From the NCBI GenBank assembly GCA_022340425.1, contig JAJDNY010000162.1, positions 11,632 to 75,631 on the forward strand: 64,000 bases of DNA, written 5' to 3'. This document shows positions 17,819 through 29,200 of the stretch, piece by piece; position 1 is the stretch's first letter; each line of letters opens with the position of its first letter. The stretch is from Desulfobacteraceae bacterium (GTDB lineage: Bacteria; Desulfobacterota; Desulfobacteria; Desulfobacterales; JAABRJ01). The position numbers and the translations under genes are program-made. The notes beneath the pieces were generated by a model. That model made no database searches, had not been told where the DNA came from, and saw only the letters and a program-made list of their open reading frames with translations.

Positions 17819-19091
17819 GGAACGCGCAACCCGCCCAGATGCCGGGGACCGCGCGAGCCCCCCGGCAAACCCTCCCGAGGGGATCCGGATCGCCTATTTG
17901 GACTGTTTCGCCGGCATCAGCGGGGCCAGCGTGCTGGGGGCCCTGGTGGATCTCGGGGTACCCCCCGACTGGCTGCAAGGTGAGCTCGGCCGAATGCCCC
18001 TGGCGGGGCTTGAAATCGGGGCCCGCGAGATCTCCGCCCAGGGGCTGCGCGCCGCGCGCGTCAGCTTGGCGGTCAGCGCGGCCAACGGGGCGTGGCGGCC
18101 GGCCGACCTCCGGGCGCTGATCGCGGCAAGCCCTTTTGGCCCGAGGGTCATAGCCCGCAGCTTGGCGATCTTCGACCGCCTGGCGGCGGGTCGGGCCCGC
18201 GCCCGACGCGGCCTGCGGGAAGATCGAGACCTCCTCTGGGAGGAGGCCGTCCATCTGCTGGTGGAGATCGTGGGCGCAGCCCTCGGGTTGGAGTATCTGA
18301 AGATCGGCGAGGTGGCGGCCTCCCGGATACCCCTGGGCGGCGGGCTGATCCAACGGGGGGACGAATGGCTGCCGACCCCCGCCCCGGAAACGGTCGAAAT
18401 ATTGCATGGGGTCCCGGTTTACGGCAGCGGTTTCAACGGCGAACTGGTGACACCCACCGGAGCGGCCATCGTTTCGGCCCTGGCGGACGGCTTCGGTGCC
18501 GTGCCGGAGATGGACCTCACCGGCGCGGGCTACGGCGCCGGGGAAAACCGCCGCGCCGGGCTGCCCAACCTCCTGCGGATTCTGGTGGGCACCCGCCCGG
18601 GCGATCGGATAGAGCAGCTTGTGATGGTGGCCACCGGGATCGACGACATGAACCCCGAGCTTTTCGGCTACCTCATGGAACAGCTCTTCGCCGACGGCGC
18701 CCTGGACGTTTTCTGGACCCCGATCTACATGAAGAAAAACCGACCGGCGACCCAGGTCCAGGTCCTCTGCCACCCGTGGCAGCGGGAGGCCGTGATTCGG
18801 CGCCTCTTAAGCGAAACCACCTCCACCGGCGTGCGCTGCCACCTGGTGGAGCGCCACAGCCTGTTTCGCGAGACGGTCCGCGTCGAGACCCCTTTCGGCC
18901 CCCTGGCGGTCAAGCGCATCCTGAACCCCGACGGCCGGGAACGCTTCACCCCGGAGTATGAGGTCTGCCGCAAGGTTGCCAAACGGACGGCCACCCCCCT
19001 GTGGCGGGTTTACGAGCTGGTCGAGCGGGCCGCGGCCGAGGGCCAGGCCGAGCCGCAGCGGATGGTTGACAAAAAGCCGGGCGACCGGTAG
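17811..19091 (+). CDS. larC: Nickel-pincer cofactor nickel insertion protein LarC (DUF111)
   Basis: IAYLDCFAGISGASVLGALVDLG at the N-terminus is typical of LarC/UPF0272. The start overlaps the M20 gene end by 8 nt. Confidence 0.8.
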   Translation: MAEERATRPDAGDRASPPANPPEGIRIAYLDCFAGISGASVLGALVDLGVPPDWLQGELGRMPLAGLEIGAREISAQGLRAARVSLAVSAANGAWRPADLRALIAASPFGPRVIARSLAIFDRLAAGRARARRGLREDRDLLWEEAVHLLVEIVGAALGLEYLKIGEVAASRIPLGGGLIQRGDEWLPTPAPETVEILHGVPVYGSGFNGELVTPTGAAIVSALADGFGAVPEMDLTGAGYGAGENRRAGLPNLLRILVGTRPGDRIEQLVMVATGIDDMNPELFGYLMEQLFADGALDVFWTPIYMKKNRPATQVQVLCHPWQREAVIRRLLSETTSTGVRCHLVERHSLFRETVRVETPFGPLAVKRILNPDGRERFTPEYEVCRKVAKRTATPLWRVYELVERAAAEGQAEPQRMVDKKPGDR

Positions 19092-19100
19092 GACAGCCCC

Positions 19101-19565
19101 ATGTCCCGGGCCGCGCGCATCGTCATTTTTTTGGCCACCGGCTGCTATGCGGGCAAGCTGCCCTTTGCCCCCGGCACCTTCGGCTCGCTTGCGGCCCTTC
19201 CGCTCTGCTGGCTGCTGGCCCAGCTGGGGCGCCCGACGGCCATTTTGGCCACGGTCCTGATTATCGCGGGGGCCGTCTGGGTGGCCGGCGCGGCCGAGCG
19301 CCTTCTCCAGCAGCGGGACCCGGGCAGCATCGTGATCGACGAGATCGCCGGGATGCTGGTGACCTTCAGCGGGCTTTCCTTCACGCCGTTTTCGGCCGCC
19401 GCCGGGTTTGTCTTGTTCCGGGTGTTGGATATCGCCAAACCGTTTCCCATCGGCTGGGCGGAAAAGCGGTTGAAGGGTGGGGTGGGCATCGTCGCGGACG
19501 ACCTGATCGCAGGCGTGATGGCCAACCTGGGCTGCCGCCTGCTGCTGACCCTCTGGGGGGGGTGA
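19101..19565 (+). CDS. pgpA: Phosphatidylglycerophosphatase A
   Basis: 154 aa. PGTFGSLAALPL and IVIDEIAGM motifs. Confidence 0.8.
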   Translation: MSRAARIVIFLATGCYAGKLPFAPGTFGSLAALPLCWLLAQLGRPTAILATVLIIAGAVWVAGAAERLLQQRDPGSIVIDEIAGMLVTFSGLSFTPFSAAAGFVLFRVLDIAKPFPIGWAEKRLKGGVGIVADDLIAGVMANLGCRLLLTLWGG

Positions 19566-19590
19566 GGCCTCCCGGCAGGCGATTGATGAA

Positions 19591-20223
19591 ATGCCAAAAA
19601 AGGGTGATGATTCAACGGGTTCTGGCGCCCCAAGGCCCATCCGGGTCTTTGTGGCCGTCGCTCTGCCGCCAGACGTCCGAGCAGCCCTGGAAGCGGCCCA
19701 GGAGGAGCTGCGCGCGCACCGTTTCGAGATCCGTTGGGTGAAGCCGGAGCATATCCACCTGACGCTGAAATTTATCGGCGAGACGCTGCCGGCGGACCTG
19801 GCCCGCATCGGGCCGGCCCTGCGCGCGGCGGCCGCGGCAACCGGCCCCTTTGTCATCTCCGCCAGGGGGGCCGGCGTCTTTCCGGGCATCAAGGCGCCGC
19901 GGGTGGTCTGGGCCGGCCTCGGCGGAGAGTTGCCGGCGCTTTTCGCGCTCCAGCAGTCTGTGGCCCAGGCCCTGGTGGAGGCCGGCTTTCCACCCGAGAC
20001 GCGGCCCTTTAAGGCCCACCTGACTTTAGGCCGGGTAAAGGGTCGAATCAGGCCGGCCGAGCTGCTGGCCGCCCTGCAGACGCTGGGGCAGTGGGCGTCG
20101 CCGGCTTTCCGGGTGGCGCGCGTGACCCTTTTTCAAAGCGACCTGCGCCCCGGCGGGGCGATCTACACCCCACGCGACGTGGTGCCCTTAAACGAGCAAT
20201 TAACCGATCAGGAGGCAATATGA
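19591..20223 (+). CDS. thpR: RNA 2',3'-cyclic phosphodiesterase (2H phosphoesterase, LigT/ThpR)
   Basis: Two HxTx motifs (HLTLKF and HLTLGR) at the expected spacing. Confidence 0.8.
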   Translation: MPKKGDDSTGSGAPRPIRVFVAVALPPDVRAALEAAQEELRAHRFEIRWVKPEHIHLTLKFIGETLPADLARIGPALRAAAAATGPFVISARGAGVFPGIKAPRVVWAGLGGELPALFALQQSVAQALVEAGFPPETRPFKAHLTLGRVKGRIRPAELLAALQTLGQWASPAFRVARVTLFQSDLRPGGAIYTPRDVVPLNEQLTDQEAI

Positions 20224-21257
20224 GAGACACCCAGGACAAGGAGAAAGCGGTGGAGTCGGCTATCAGCCAGATCGAGCGTCAGTTCGGCAAGGGGTCGATC
20301 ATGAAGCTCGGCAGTCGCCCGATCGTCGAGGTCCCCACCATCTCCACCGGCTCCCTGGCCCTTGACCGGGCGCTGGGGATCGGCGGCATCCCCCGCGGGC
20401 GGGTGACCGAGATCTTCGGCCCGGAATCCTCGGGCAAAACCAGTCTGGCCCTGCACGCCGTGGCCGAGGCCCAGAAACGCGGCGGGATCGCCGCCTTCAT
20501 CGACGCCGAGCACGCCCTGGACACCGTCTACGCCCGCAAGCTGGGGGTCAACTGCGACGAACTTCTGGTCTCCCAGCCGGATACCGGCGAGCAGGCCCTT
20601 GAAATCGCCGACATGCTGGTGCGCAGCGGCGCCATCGACATCCTGGTGATCGACTCCGTGGCCGCCCTGGTGCCGCGGGCCGAAATCGAAGGCGAAATGG
20701 GCGATGCCCACATGGGCCTTCAGGCCCGCCTGATGAGCCAGGCGCTTCGCAAGCTGACCGGCACCATCGGCAAAACCAACACCGCCGTGGTCTTCATCAA
20801 TCAGATCCGAATGAAAATCGGGGTGATGTTCGGCAACCCGGAAACCACCACCGGCGGCAACGCGCTCAAATTCTACGCCTCGGTGCGCATGGACATCCGG
20901 CGCACCGGCGCCATCAAGGACGGCCAGGAGGTGATCGGCAACCGCACCAAGGTGCGGGTGGTCAAAAACAAGATGGCGCCGCCCTTCAAGGAGGCCGAGT
21001 TCGACATCATGTACGGCGAGGGCATCTCCCAGACCGGGGACCTCCTGGACATGGGGGTGGCCACCGAGATCATCGAAAAAAGCGGCGCCTGGTACTCCTT
21101 CGAGGGGGAGCGCATCGGCCAGGGCCGGGAGAACGTCAAGCGCTTCCTGCAGGACAACTCCGACATCTTCGAGAACATCCAGAATCGGGTCAAAGCCGCC
21201 TTGGGGCTGCAGGCGCCAGCACCACAGCCGGCCGAGCCCGCGCCGGCCGCCGACTGA
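20220..21257 (+). CDS. recA: Recombinase RecA
   Basis: The start is the internal ATG ([31 protein letters not shown]), which forms an ATGA overlap with the thpR stop. Walker A is GPESSGKTS. Similarity to RecA runs the full length. Confidence 0.95.
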   Translation: MRDTQDKEKAVESAISQIERQFGKGSIMKLGSRPIVEVPTISTGSLALDRALGIGGIPRGRVTEIFGPESSGKTSLALHAVAEAQKRGGIAAFIDAEHALDTVYARKLGVNCDELLVSQPDTGEQALEIADMLVRSGAIDILVIDSVAALVPRAEIEGEMGDAHMGLQARLMSQALRKLTGTIGKTNTAVVFINQIRMKIGVMFGNPETTTGGNALKFYASVRMDIRRTGAIKDGQEVIGNRTKVRVVKNKMAPPFKEAEFDIMYGEGISQTGDLLDMGVATEIIEKSGAWYSFEGERIGQGRENVKRFLQDNSDIFENIQNRVKAALGLQAPAPQPAEPAPAAD

Positions 21258-21348
21258 TCCGGCCCGCCGGCCGCATTCGGGGCACCCGACCCGGGGGACA
21301 GGCGCCCCGGGCCCCTGACATCAAACGACACCAGCAACGGAGCGACCC

Positions 21349-23973
21349 ATGACAGGCAACGAGGCACGCCAACTTTTTCTGGATTATTTCGCCAAACACC
21401 AGCACCGGGTGGTGCGCAGCTCCTCCCTGGTGCCCCAGGACGACCCCACCCTGCTCTTCACCAACGCCGGCATGGTCCAGTTCAAGCGCACCTTCCTCGG
21501 CGAGGAGAAGCGGGACTACGAGCGCGCCGTCACCTCGCAGAAATGCGTGCGGGCCGGCGGCAAGCACAACGATCTGGAAAACGTGGGCTACACCGCCCGG
21601 CACCACACCTTCTTCGAGATGCTGGGCAATTTCTCCTTCATGGACTACTTCAAGGAGAAGGCCATCGCCTTTGCCTGGGATCTCCTCACCAACGGCTACC
21701 ATCTACCCGTTGACAAGCTCTGGGTCTCCATCTACCTCGACGACGACGAGGCCCATGACATCTGGCAGCGCCAGATCGGGGTGCCGGCAGAAAGGATCCT
21801 GCGCTTCGGCGAAAAAGACAATTTCTGGGCCATGGGCGACACCGGGCCCTGCGGCCCCTGCTCCGAGATCCACATCGACCGGGGCGCGGCCCACGGCTGC
21901 GGCAAGCCGGACTGCCAGCTGGGGTGCGAGTGCGACCGCTTCTTGGAGATCTGGAACCTGGTCTTCATGCAGTTCAACCGCGACGCCGACGGTCGGATGA
22001 CCCCCCTGCCCAAGCCCAGCATCGACACCGGGATGGGCCTGGAACGGGTCGTCTCCATCCTGCAAAACACCCCCACCAACTATGAGACCGACCTGCTGCT
22101 GCCCATCATCGGCAAGGTCGAGGAGATGACCGCCAAGCGCCTGGGCGCCTCGGCCGAAGCCGATGTGGCGATGAAGGTGATCGCCGACCACAGCCGGGCC
22201 ACGGCCTTTTTGATCGGCGACGGGGTGCTGCCCTCCAACGAGGGCCGCGGCTACGTCCTGCGGCGCATCATGCGCCGGGCGATCCGCTACGGCCGCAACA
22301 TCGGGCTGCTCAAACCGTTCCTGCACGAAACCGCCGGGGTGGTCTTCGACATCATGAAGACCGCCTACCCGGAGCTGGGGGAGGCCCGGGCGTTCATCAC
22401 CAACGTCATCCAAAACGAGGAGCTGCGCTTCTCCGAAACCCTGGACCATGGGCTCAAACTCCTCAACGACACCCTCTCCGAGCTGCGCGCCAAGGGGGTC
22501 GACACCGTCCCCGGCGAGGTCATCTTCAAATTGTACGACACCTTCGGCTTCCCGGTGGACATCGTGCGCGACGTGGTCCGCGACCGGGGCATGACCCTGG
22601 ACATGCCGGCCTTCGATGGCGAAATGGCCAAGCAGCGCGAAAAGTCGCGCTCGGTGGCCGCCTTCACTCAGATCAGCGAAGCCTACCGCGGCCTCTCGGC
22701 CCAGGGCGTGAGCCCCCGCTTCGTGGGCTACGAGAATCTCTCGGGTAAGGCGCAGGTGCTGCTGATCGTGCGCGACGGCGCGGAGGTCGAAAGCGCCCGG
22801 GCCGGCGAGACCGTCGAGGTGGTCACCAGCGAAACCCCGTTTTACGGCGAATCCGGCGGCCAGGTGGGCGACCAGGGCGAAATCACGGCGCCGCAGCTTA
22901 AGATGACTGTCAGCACCACCGTCAAGGACCCCACCGGGATGATCATCCACAAGGGCGAAATCACCGCCGGCACCCTCCGCAAGGGGGACGCGGTGACCCT
23001 CACGGTGGACGGCGAAAAACGCCGCGCCACCGCCTGCAACCACACCGCGACCCACATTCTGCACGCCGTTTTGCGCAGGGTCCTGGGCGACCACGTGCGC
23101 CAGGCCGGCTCGCTGGTGGCGCCAGAGCGCCTGCGCTTCGACTTCACCCACTTCTCCCAGGTGACGCCCGCAGACCTGGACCGCATCGAAACCCTGGTCA
23201 ACGACCGCATCCGGGAGAACCTGCCGGCCGAGACGGCCGAGATGGCCGCCGATGAGGCCCTCAAGTCAGGGGCCACGGCCCTCTTCGAGGAAAAATACGG
23301 CGACCGCGTGCGGGTGGTCTCCCTGGCCGACTTCAGCCAGGAGCTCTGCGGCGGCACCCACACCGAACGCACCGGGAACATCGGTGTTTTCAAGATCGTG
23401 ATGGAGGCCAGCGTGGCCGCCGGGGTGCGCCGTATCGAGGCCATGACCGGCGCCGCGGCCCTGGCATACCTGCAGCAGCAGGCGCACATCGTCCAGAACG
23501 CCGCGCGCCTTTTGAAAGACAAGCCCGAAGGCCTGATCCAGCGGATCGAAGGCCTGCTCAGCAACCAGAAGGCCCTGGAAAGGGAGGTCGAGCGCTTGAG
23601 CGGCCAGCTGGCCAGCGCCTCGGCCTCGGACGCCGAGAAAGCGGTGCGCACCATCAACGGCGTCAAGGTCCTGGCCAGCCGGGTGAACGCCGACAGCCCG
23701 GGGGCCCTGCGCGAGCTGGCCGACCGCTTCAAGGAGAAGCTGCAGTCCGGCGTGGTGGTGCTGGGTGCCGCCAGCGGCCCCAAGGCGCTCCTGATCGCGG
23801 CCGTCACCAAGGACCTGACCGGGCGCTTTCACGCCGGCAATATCGTCAAGGCCGTGGCCGCGCTCGTGGGCGGCGGCGGCGGCGGCCGTCCCGACATGGC
23901 CCAGGCCGGCGGCACCCAGCCGGAAAACCTGGACGCTGCCCTGGAGAAGGTCTACGAGCTGGTTCAGGGCTGA
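21349..23973 (+). CDS. alaS: Alanine--tRNA ligase
   Basis: 874 aa. FTNAGMVQFK, the WNLVFMQFNR region, the HTATH editing motif and a C-terminal GGGGGRPDMAQAGG. Confidence 0.95.
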   Translation: MTGNEARQLFLDYFAKHQHRVVRSSSLVPQDDPTLLFTNAGMVQFKRTFLGEEKRDYERAVTSQKCVRAGGKHNDLENVGYTARHHTFFEMLGNFSFMDYFKEKAIAFAWDLLTNGYHLPVDKLWVSIYLDDDEAHDIWQRQIGVPAERILRFGEKDNFWAMGDTGPCGPCSEIHIDRGAAHGCGKPDCQLGCECDRFLEIWNLVFMQFNRDADGRMTPLPKPSIDTGMGLERVVSILQNTPTNYETDLLLPIIGKVEEMTAKRLGASAEADVAMKVIADHSRATAFLIGDGVLPSNEGRGYVLRRIMRRAIRYGRNIGLLKPFLHETAGVVFDIMKTAYPELGEARAFITNVIQNEELRFSETLDHGLKLLNDTLSELRAKGVDTVPGEVIFKLYDTFGFPVDIVRDVVRDRGMTLDMPAFDGEMAKQREKSRSVAAFTQISEAYRGLSAQGVSPRFVGYENLSGKAQVLLIVRDGAEVESARAGETVEVVTSETPFYGESGGQVGDQGEITAPQLKMTVSTTVKDPTGMIIHKGEITAGTLRKGDAVTLTVDGEKRRATACNHTATHILHAVLRRVLGDHVRQAGSLVAPERLRFDFTHFSQVTPADLDRIETLVNDRIRENLPAETAEMAADEALKSGATALFEEKYGDRVRVVSLADFSQELCGGTHTERTGNIGVFKIVMEASVAAGVRRIEAMTGAAALAYLQQQAHIVQNAARLLKDKPEGLIQRIEGLLSNQKALEREVERLSGQLASASASDAEKAVRTINGVKVLASRVNADSPGALRELADRFKEKLQSGVVVLGAASGPKALLIAAVTKDLTGRFHAGNIVKAVAALVGGGGGGRPDMAQAGGTQPENLDAALEKVYELVQG

Positions 23974-24078
23974 GCGGCGCCGGGGGTTGATTCAGGGGTC
24001 CGCGGCACCGCCGGCAGTGAACGCTGAACGGCCGCAACGGTCCCGGCAATGGGGTTCACCCGACGGCCGGCCGGGGCC

Positions 24079-25182
24079 TTACTTGGGAAAGGGGCGGGCC
24101 CCGCTTTTGACCTGCATGACGAGATTCAGATCGTGCTCGGCGTTCGGATAGGAGCCGCCGGCGAGCTCGATGGCGCGTTCGTGGTGCATGATGGCCTGGT
24201 CGAACTTGCCTTCGTAGAACAGCACGTTTCCCATCCCGTTGACGGCGCCCGGGTCGTCTGGGTTGATTCCCAGCGCCGTCTCGAAATGCATCCGGGCCCG
24301 GCCCAGGTACCTCTTCCGCTGCTCCGGTGTCAGGAGATCGGTCCCGCCCGAACTGGCATACACGTTCTTCGCCGCATAGCCCGCCAGCGTGTGCAGGTAG
24401 ACGTCGTCGGGAAAGGACGCCAGCGCCTTGTCGATGTGGGTCAGATTGGCGTCGATAAGCGCGATCGCCCGGGCGCGGTCGGCGTGGGTCCTCCCGAAAA
24501 GCAGCTCAAGCCCCTCCTGCTGTTCGACGCGCAGCCGCTCACGGATATCCGCCAGGTACGCCCCCCCAGCCTCCGGCGCCGGTCCCGGCGCCACCTTCTC
24601 CACGACTTCAGGCAAGACCCGTTGCCCGTGAAAGGGACCCAACCACCACCAGCCCGCCGCGACGATGGCGATCACGACGGCGGCCGCCACCGCCAGCGCC
24701 ATCGGGCGGCGCGCCCAGCGCCGCTTGCCGTGCGACCCGACAACCTGGATCAGCCGCGCCACATCCGATTCCCAATCGTCGTCGCGCAGCTTCAGTGCGT
24801 TGATGCGCGCAAGCTGCGCGAGGCTGCCGGGCAGGTCTGCACCCCGCGGCATGCGGGCTTCGTCGATCAGAATCGGGATCACGCGGGCGGATCCTTTGAG
24901 TGCCAATTCCAGTTCCACGCGGTTCCAGTCCGCCGGGTCATCCAGACGGCGAGCGCCCGCTGCGTCACGGGCCGTGGCCCAGTTGGGGCCGATCAAGGCG
25001 AGGACGATGACATTTCCGGTCAGGCTTTCCTCGATGGCCCGGACCCAGTCCTCCCCGGCGCCGATGCTGTTCTTGTCCCGGAAGATCGCACTTTCGCCCA
25101 TGCGCCTGGCCAGCGATTCCCGCAGCCTACCGGCGACCATTTGGGAATCGCTCCGGCGGTAACTGATGAAAATCTTCGGCAT
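24079..25182 (-). CDS. TIR domain - single TM - TPR repeat protein
   Basis: The start is ATG 25182 (GGAGG 5 nt upstream), reading MPKIFISYRRSD... (TIR_2-type). The TM segment is RPMALAVAAAVVIAIVAAGWWWL. The C-terminus carries TPR-like repeats (GNVLFYEGKFDQAIMHHERAIEL). Confidence 0.75.
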   Translation of the reverse strand: MPKIFISYRRSDSQMVAGRLRESLARRMGESAIFRDKNSIGAGEDWVRAIEESLTGNVIVLALIGPNWATARDAAGARRLDDPADWNRVELELALKGSARVIPILIDEARMPRGADLPGSLAQLARINALKLRDDDWESDVARLIQVVGSHGKRRWARRPMALAVAAAVVIAIVAAGWWWLGPFHGQRVLPEVVEKVAPGPAPEAGGAYLADIRERLRVEQQEGLELLFGRTHADRARAIALIDANLTHIDKALASFPDDVYLHTLAGYAAKNVYASSGGTDLLTPEQRKRYLGRARMHFETALGINPDDPGAVNGMGNVLFYEGKFDQAIMHHERAIELAGGSYPNAEHDLNLVMQVKSGARPFPK

Positions 25183-25951
25183 CTTCGCCTCCGTGACATG
25201 GGCCTGCCCCGCGTCGGTATAGCCGATAAAATCAGTCAAGGGCGAGCGCCACTGCGGGATCTGTCCAATTGCCGCCCTTCCGGCACCCAGGCATGAGGCT
25301 GCGCAGGACGGCAGCAGAGAAAAAAAGTGGGGGTTTTTTCGGGCGTGCGGCTGTAAGGCGAAGGTGAGGCGATCGACGAAAGTGAGCCGCTGCTATTTTT
25401 CGATAGCAGATTCGATGGGGGATTGCAAAAGTTCCGCCGGAGCCATCACCCGCGGCGGAATTAACAAGCGGCACCAAGAGTTCAGCAGCAGCCAACAACA
25501 CACTTCAATTGAGTGAGAAAAAGCAAGCGATGGATTAGGCAGTCCTCTGGAACGAATGTTGTTCCTCTCAGAAAACCCCCAGCGGGGCGCCTACCCCAAG
25601 GAATTGCTTGCCATTGGCCTGGCAGATGATGATTTTCGACTTTGCAAGGGCGACTTTTCCGGGCTCTGAAAAATTCCAGCGAAAGAAAGAAGGACCGGCT
25701 CAGCGGCCGCCCCCCAAGCGAAAGGGAGGGCGAGTGGCGACAGTCAACCCGCAGATCGGTTTGCCCGTGAACACCCGCACGTCTGGCAAGAATTGCTTCC
25801 GGTGCGTTGCGCTTGACTTGTCGCGGGTGCTTGAATAAAAAAGGGATTATCTGGCCGTGAACTGGAATTTCCTTTTCGAGTTACCTGTAGGTGAGGACCA
25901 TTTCATTGAGGGCATCTCGTAACATTTCACGGCACGCCTCAAGATCCTTTC

Positions 25952-26200
25952 TTAAAAAAAATCCGGAACCCCGACCCGAGCCGCTGTCTCCAGGAAAACG
26001 GCCAAATGGTCCTGGTATTCGAGCTCCAGGGCCGGATCTTTCTGCAAAGCGCCCACAAACTGCTCGCCTACATCGCTCTCGTCATCAGCCAGCGGCTGCG
26101 GGTGCGGTCCCAGGAAGTCCGGATGCTCACTGACGATTAGGGGCCCGGCCGGCGGACCCCCCAAAAAAAACTCATCCCCATCGGCCCTAGCGCGCGTCAC
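25952..26200 (-). CDS. Doubtful acidic 82-aa ORF ending at an A8/T8 homopolymer
   Basis: GTG start with no clear RBS. The coding-like C-terminal half is DESDVGEQFVGALQKDPALELEYQDHLAVFLE. See the related finding about a possible frameshift extension. Confidence 0.2.
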   Translation of the reverse strand: MTRARADGDEFFLGGPPAGPLIVSEHPDFLGPHPQPLADDESDVGEQFVGALQKDPALELEYQDHLAVFLETAARVGVPDFF

Positions 26201-26229
26201 CGGCCCGCCCCGTGCGGCAGGAGGTTCCC

Positions 26230-29200
26230 ATGAAATGTCCCGGCTGCGCCCACGTCAATGCCCCCGATGCCCGGTTTTGCATCCAGTGCGGACAGATGCT
26301 GGGCGGCGTCTGCCCCGGCTGCGGGGCCGTCAATCCGGCCCAGGGCAGATTCTGCAGCCAGTGCGGCGCGGCGTTAACGGCCGGCCCCTTCGCCGATGCC
26401 GCGCCGCACCCGCGCGTTTGCCAGCCCGAGGAGAGACGCGCTTTACCCCGGCCCGCCGCCGGGGAGCGCAAGCACGTCACCGTGCTCTTCTCCGACATGT
26501 CCGGGTACACGGCGCTTACCCAGCGCCTGGACCCCGAGGAGGTCCGCGACCTCATGGCGCGCCTGACGCATGAGATCACCCGGGTGGTGGCCCGCTACGA
26601 GGGCTTTATCGAGAAGTTCGCAGGCGATGCCGTCATGGCGGTCTTCGGCGCCATCCAGGCCCATGAGGACGACGCGATCCGGGCCATCATCGCCGCCCGG
26701 GAGATCCACGAGCGCGTGGCGGCCTACAGCCGCAGGTACGAGGAAGAGATCGGGCAGCGGCTGGCGATGCACTCCGGGATCAACACCGGGCTCGTGGTCA
26801 CCGGCAGCGTGGACTTCGAGGCGGGCACCCACGGCATCGCCGGTGCGCCGCTCAACATCGCCTCCCGGCTGTGCGCCCTCGCCGGGCCGGGGGAGATCCT
26901 GGTGGGGGATGACACCTACCGCCACGCCCTGGGCTATTTCAATTTTCTGGCCCTGGACCCGGTGGCGGTCAAGGGCGTGAGCGTCCCGGTTCGGATCTAC
27001 CGGGTCGTATCCTTGATCGGCCGGCCCCAGAAGATCCACCGCTTCCACGGCCTGCGGGCCGATCTGATCGGCCGCAGCCCCGAGCTCACCACCTTGGCCG
27101 AGGCTTTGGACCGGGTGCGGGCCGGACACGGCCGCCTGGTGACAATCTGCGGCACCGCCGGCACCGGCAAAAGCCGCCTGGTGGAGGAATTCAGGGCCGT
27201 CGCCGGCCGCGCCAAGGTCAACTGGCGCGAGGGCCAGTGCTACCCCTATTCCCGCAACTTCACCTACTTTCCCTTCATCGATCTCTTGAACCGCACCCTG
27301 GGCATCGAGGAGGGCGACCCGGCGGAGCGTGTGCGGGCGAAGATCGAATCCGGCCTGGATTTCGTCGACCACCGGGAGGAGGTGGTGCCCTACGTCGGCC
27401 GCCTCTACAACTTCGACTACCCGCAGCTGACCAGAATCGGCCCGGAGACCTGGCGCCAGCGGCTGCAGAAGGCGATCCTGGACATCCTGACGGCCATGAG
27501 CCGGCGCGCGCCGACGATCATCTGCCTGGAGGATCTGCACTGGGCGGACCCGTCTTCGCTCGAGCTGATCCGCTTTCTCCTTTCGGACTTCCGCTACCCG
27601 GCCCTGGTGATCCTGGTCTACCGGCCCACTTTAAGCCTCTTGTCCCACCAGCAGACCGAAAACCTCGGCGAGGCTTACGTGGAGATCCGCCTGGAGGACC
27701 TATCGCCGGCGGAAACCGAGACGATGGTCGGCTCGCTTCTGAAGAGCCAGGCACTGCCCCCGGAGTTGAAGCGCTTCGTGCGCGACAAGGCCGGCGGCAA
27801 CCCCTTTTATCTTGAGGAAATCATCAACTCCCTGGTGGAATCCGGGACACTTTCGCCTGAAAAAGACGGCTGGGTGCTGCGCAAAACCATCGGCGAGGCC
27901 CGGATATCGGCCACCGTGCACGGGGTCATCGCCGCCCGGGTGGACCGCCTGGAGCCCGCGGTCAAATGCATCCTGCAGGAGGCGGCGGTGATCGGCCGCT
28001 CCTTTTCACACGACATCTTATGCCGCATCACCGATTGCGAGACCGACCTCTGGCACCACCTGGGCAGTCTGGAGACCCTTGACATCATCAAGGCCCGCAG
28101 CTTCAGGCCCTCGGTGGAATACATCTTCAAGCACGCCCTGACCCAGGAGGTGGTCTACGGGGGGCTTGTCACCGCCCGGCGCAAGGCGATCCACGAGCGG
28201 GTCGCCCGGGTCCTGGAGAAGCTCTACGCGGATCGGTTGCCCGAATCCTACGAGGCCCTGGCCTACCATTTTCAGCGCGGCACCTCCCCCGACAAGGCAG
28301 TGACCTACCTGGCAGCCTCCGGCGCCAAGAGCCTGGGGCGCTATGCCCTGGAGGAAGCCCACCGCTACTACCAGAGCGCCTACGACCGGATCGGGCAACA
28401 CTTCACTCCGCCGGAAAGCGACCGCCAAAAGATCGCGCTGATCAACCAGTGGGCGTTCGTCCACTACTACCGCGGGCGCTACGAGGAACTGCTGCAGCTT
28501 CTGAGCGACCACAGGCAGAGCGCCGATCGGCTCACCGACGACAAAAACCGCGGCATGTTTCACGCCTGGCTGGGCTGCGCCCTGTGGCACCGCGAACGGT
28601 TCCGGGAGGCCCACCAAACGCTTCTGACGGCCCTTTCCCTGGCCAAGGAAAAAGAGGACATGGCCTTCGTCGGCTATGCCAGCTGCTGGCTGGCCTGGGT
28701 CTGCAGCGAGCTGGGGCTGCTCGACGAAGCGCTGGCCCACGCCGCAAAGGCCCAGGAGATCCACCGCGCGGGGGAAAGCGACAACTTCATCTACTTCAGC
28801 TCCGTCGCTGCCACAGGCTACGCCCTCTGGCACAAGGGCGAGAAGGCGGAGACCGCGGCGACCGGCCATTCTTTGCTGCAATTTGGCCGCGAGCACGGGG
28901 ATTACCGCGCCAAGGGCATGGGCTACTGCTGTCTTGGCTGGAGCGCCCTGATGGGGGGCGACATCCCTGATGCCTGCGGGTTTTTCGAAAAAGCCGTCCT
29001 GGTCTCGGTCGACCCCTGGTATGCGATCTTCCCGAAGTTGGCCCTGGCCTACGGCCTGATGGTAAACGGGCGGGTCCACGAGGCCAAGCGCCAGATCGCC
29101 GAAGGCGAGGCCTTCTGCAAGGAGTTCGGGGCGGAGTTCGGGGGCCAGCCGGCGCGCTTTTTCAAGGGGGTGATCCTGGTGGGGGAAGGCAAAGTCGACG

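Noticed and set aside
25776-25790. Sigma-54-like TGGCAAGAATTGCTT upstream of the cyclase gene
   Set aside because: The GG and GC elements are 10 nt apart instead of the required 12, and the site is more than 400 nt from the start codon.
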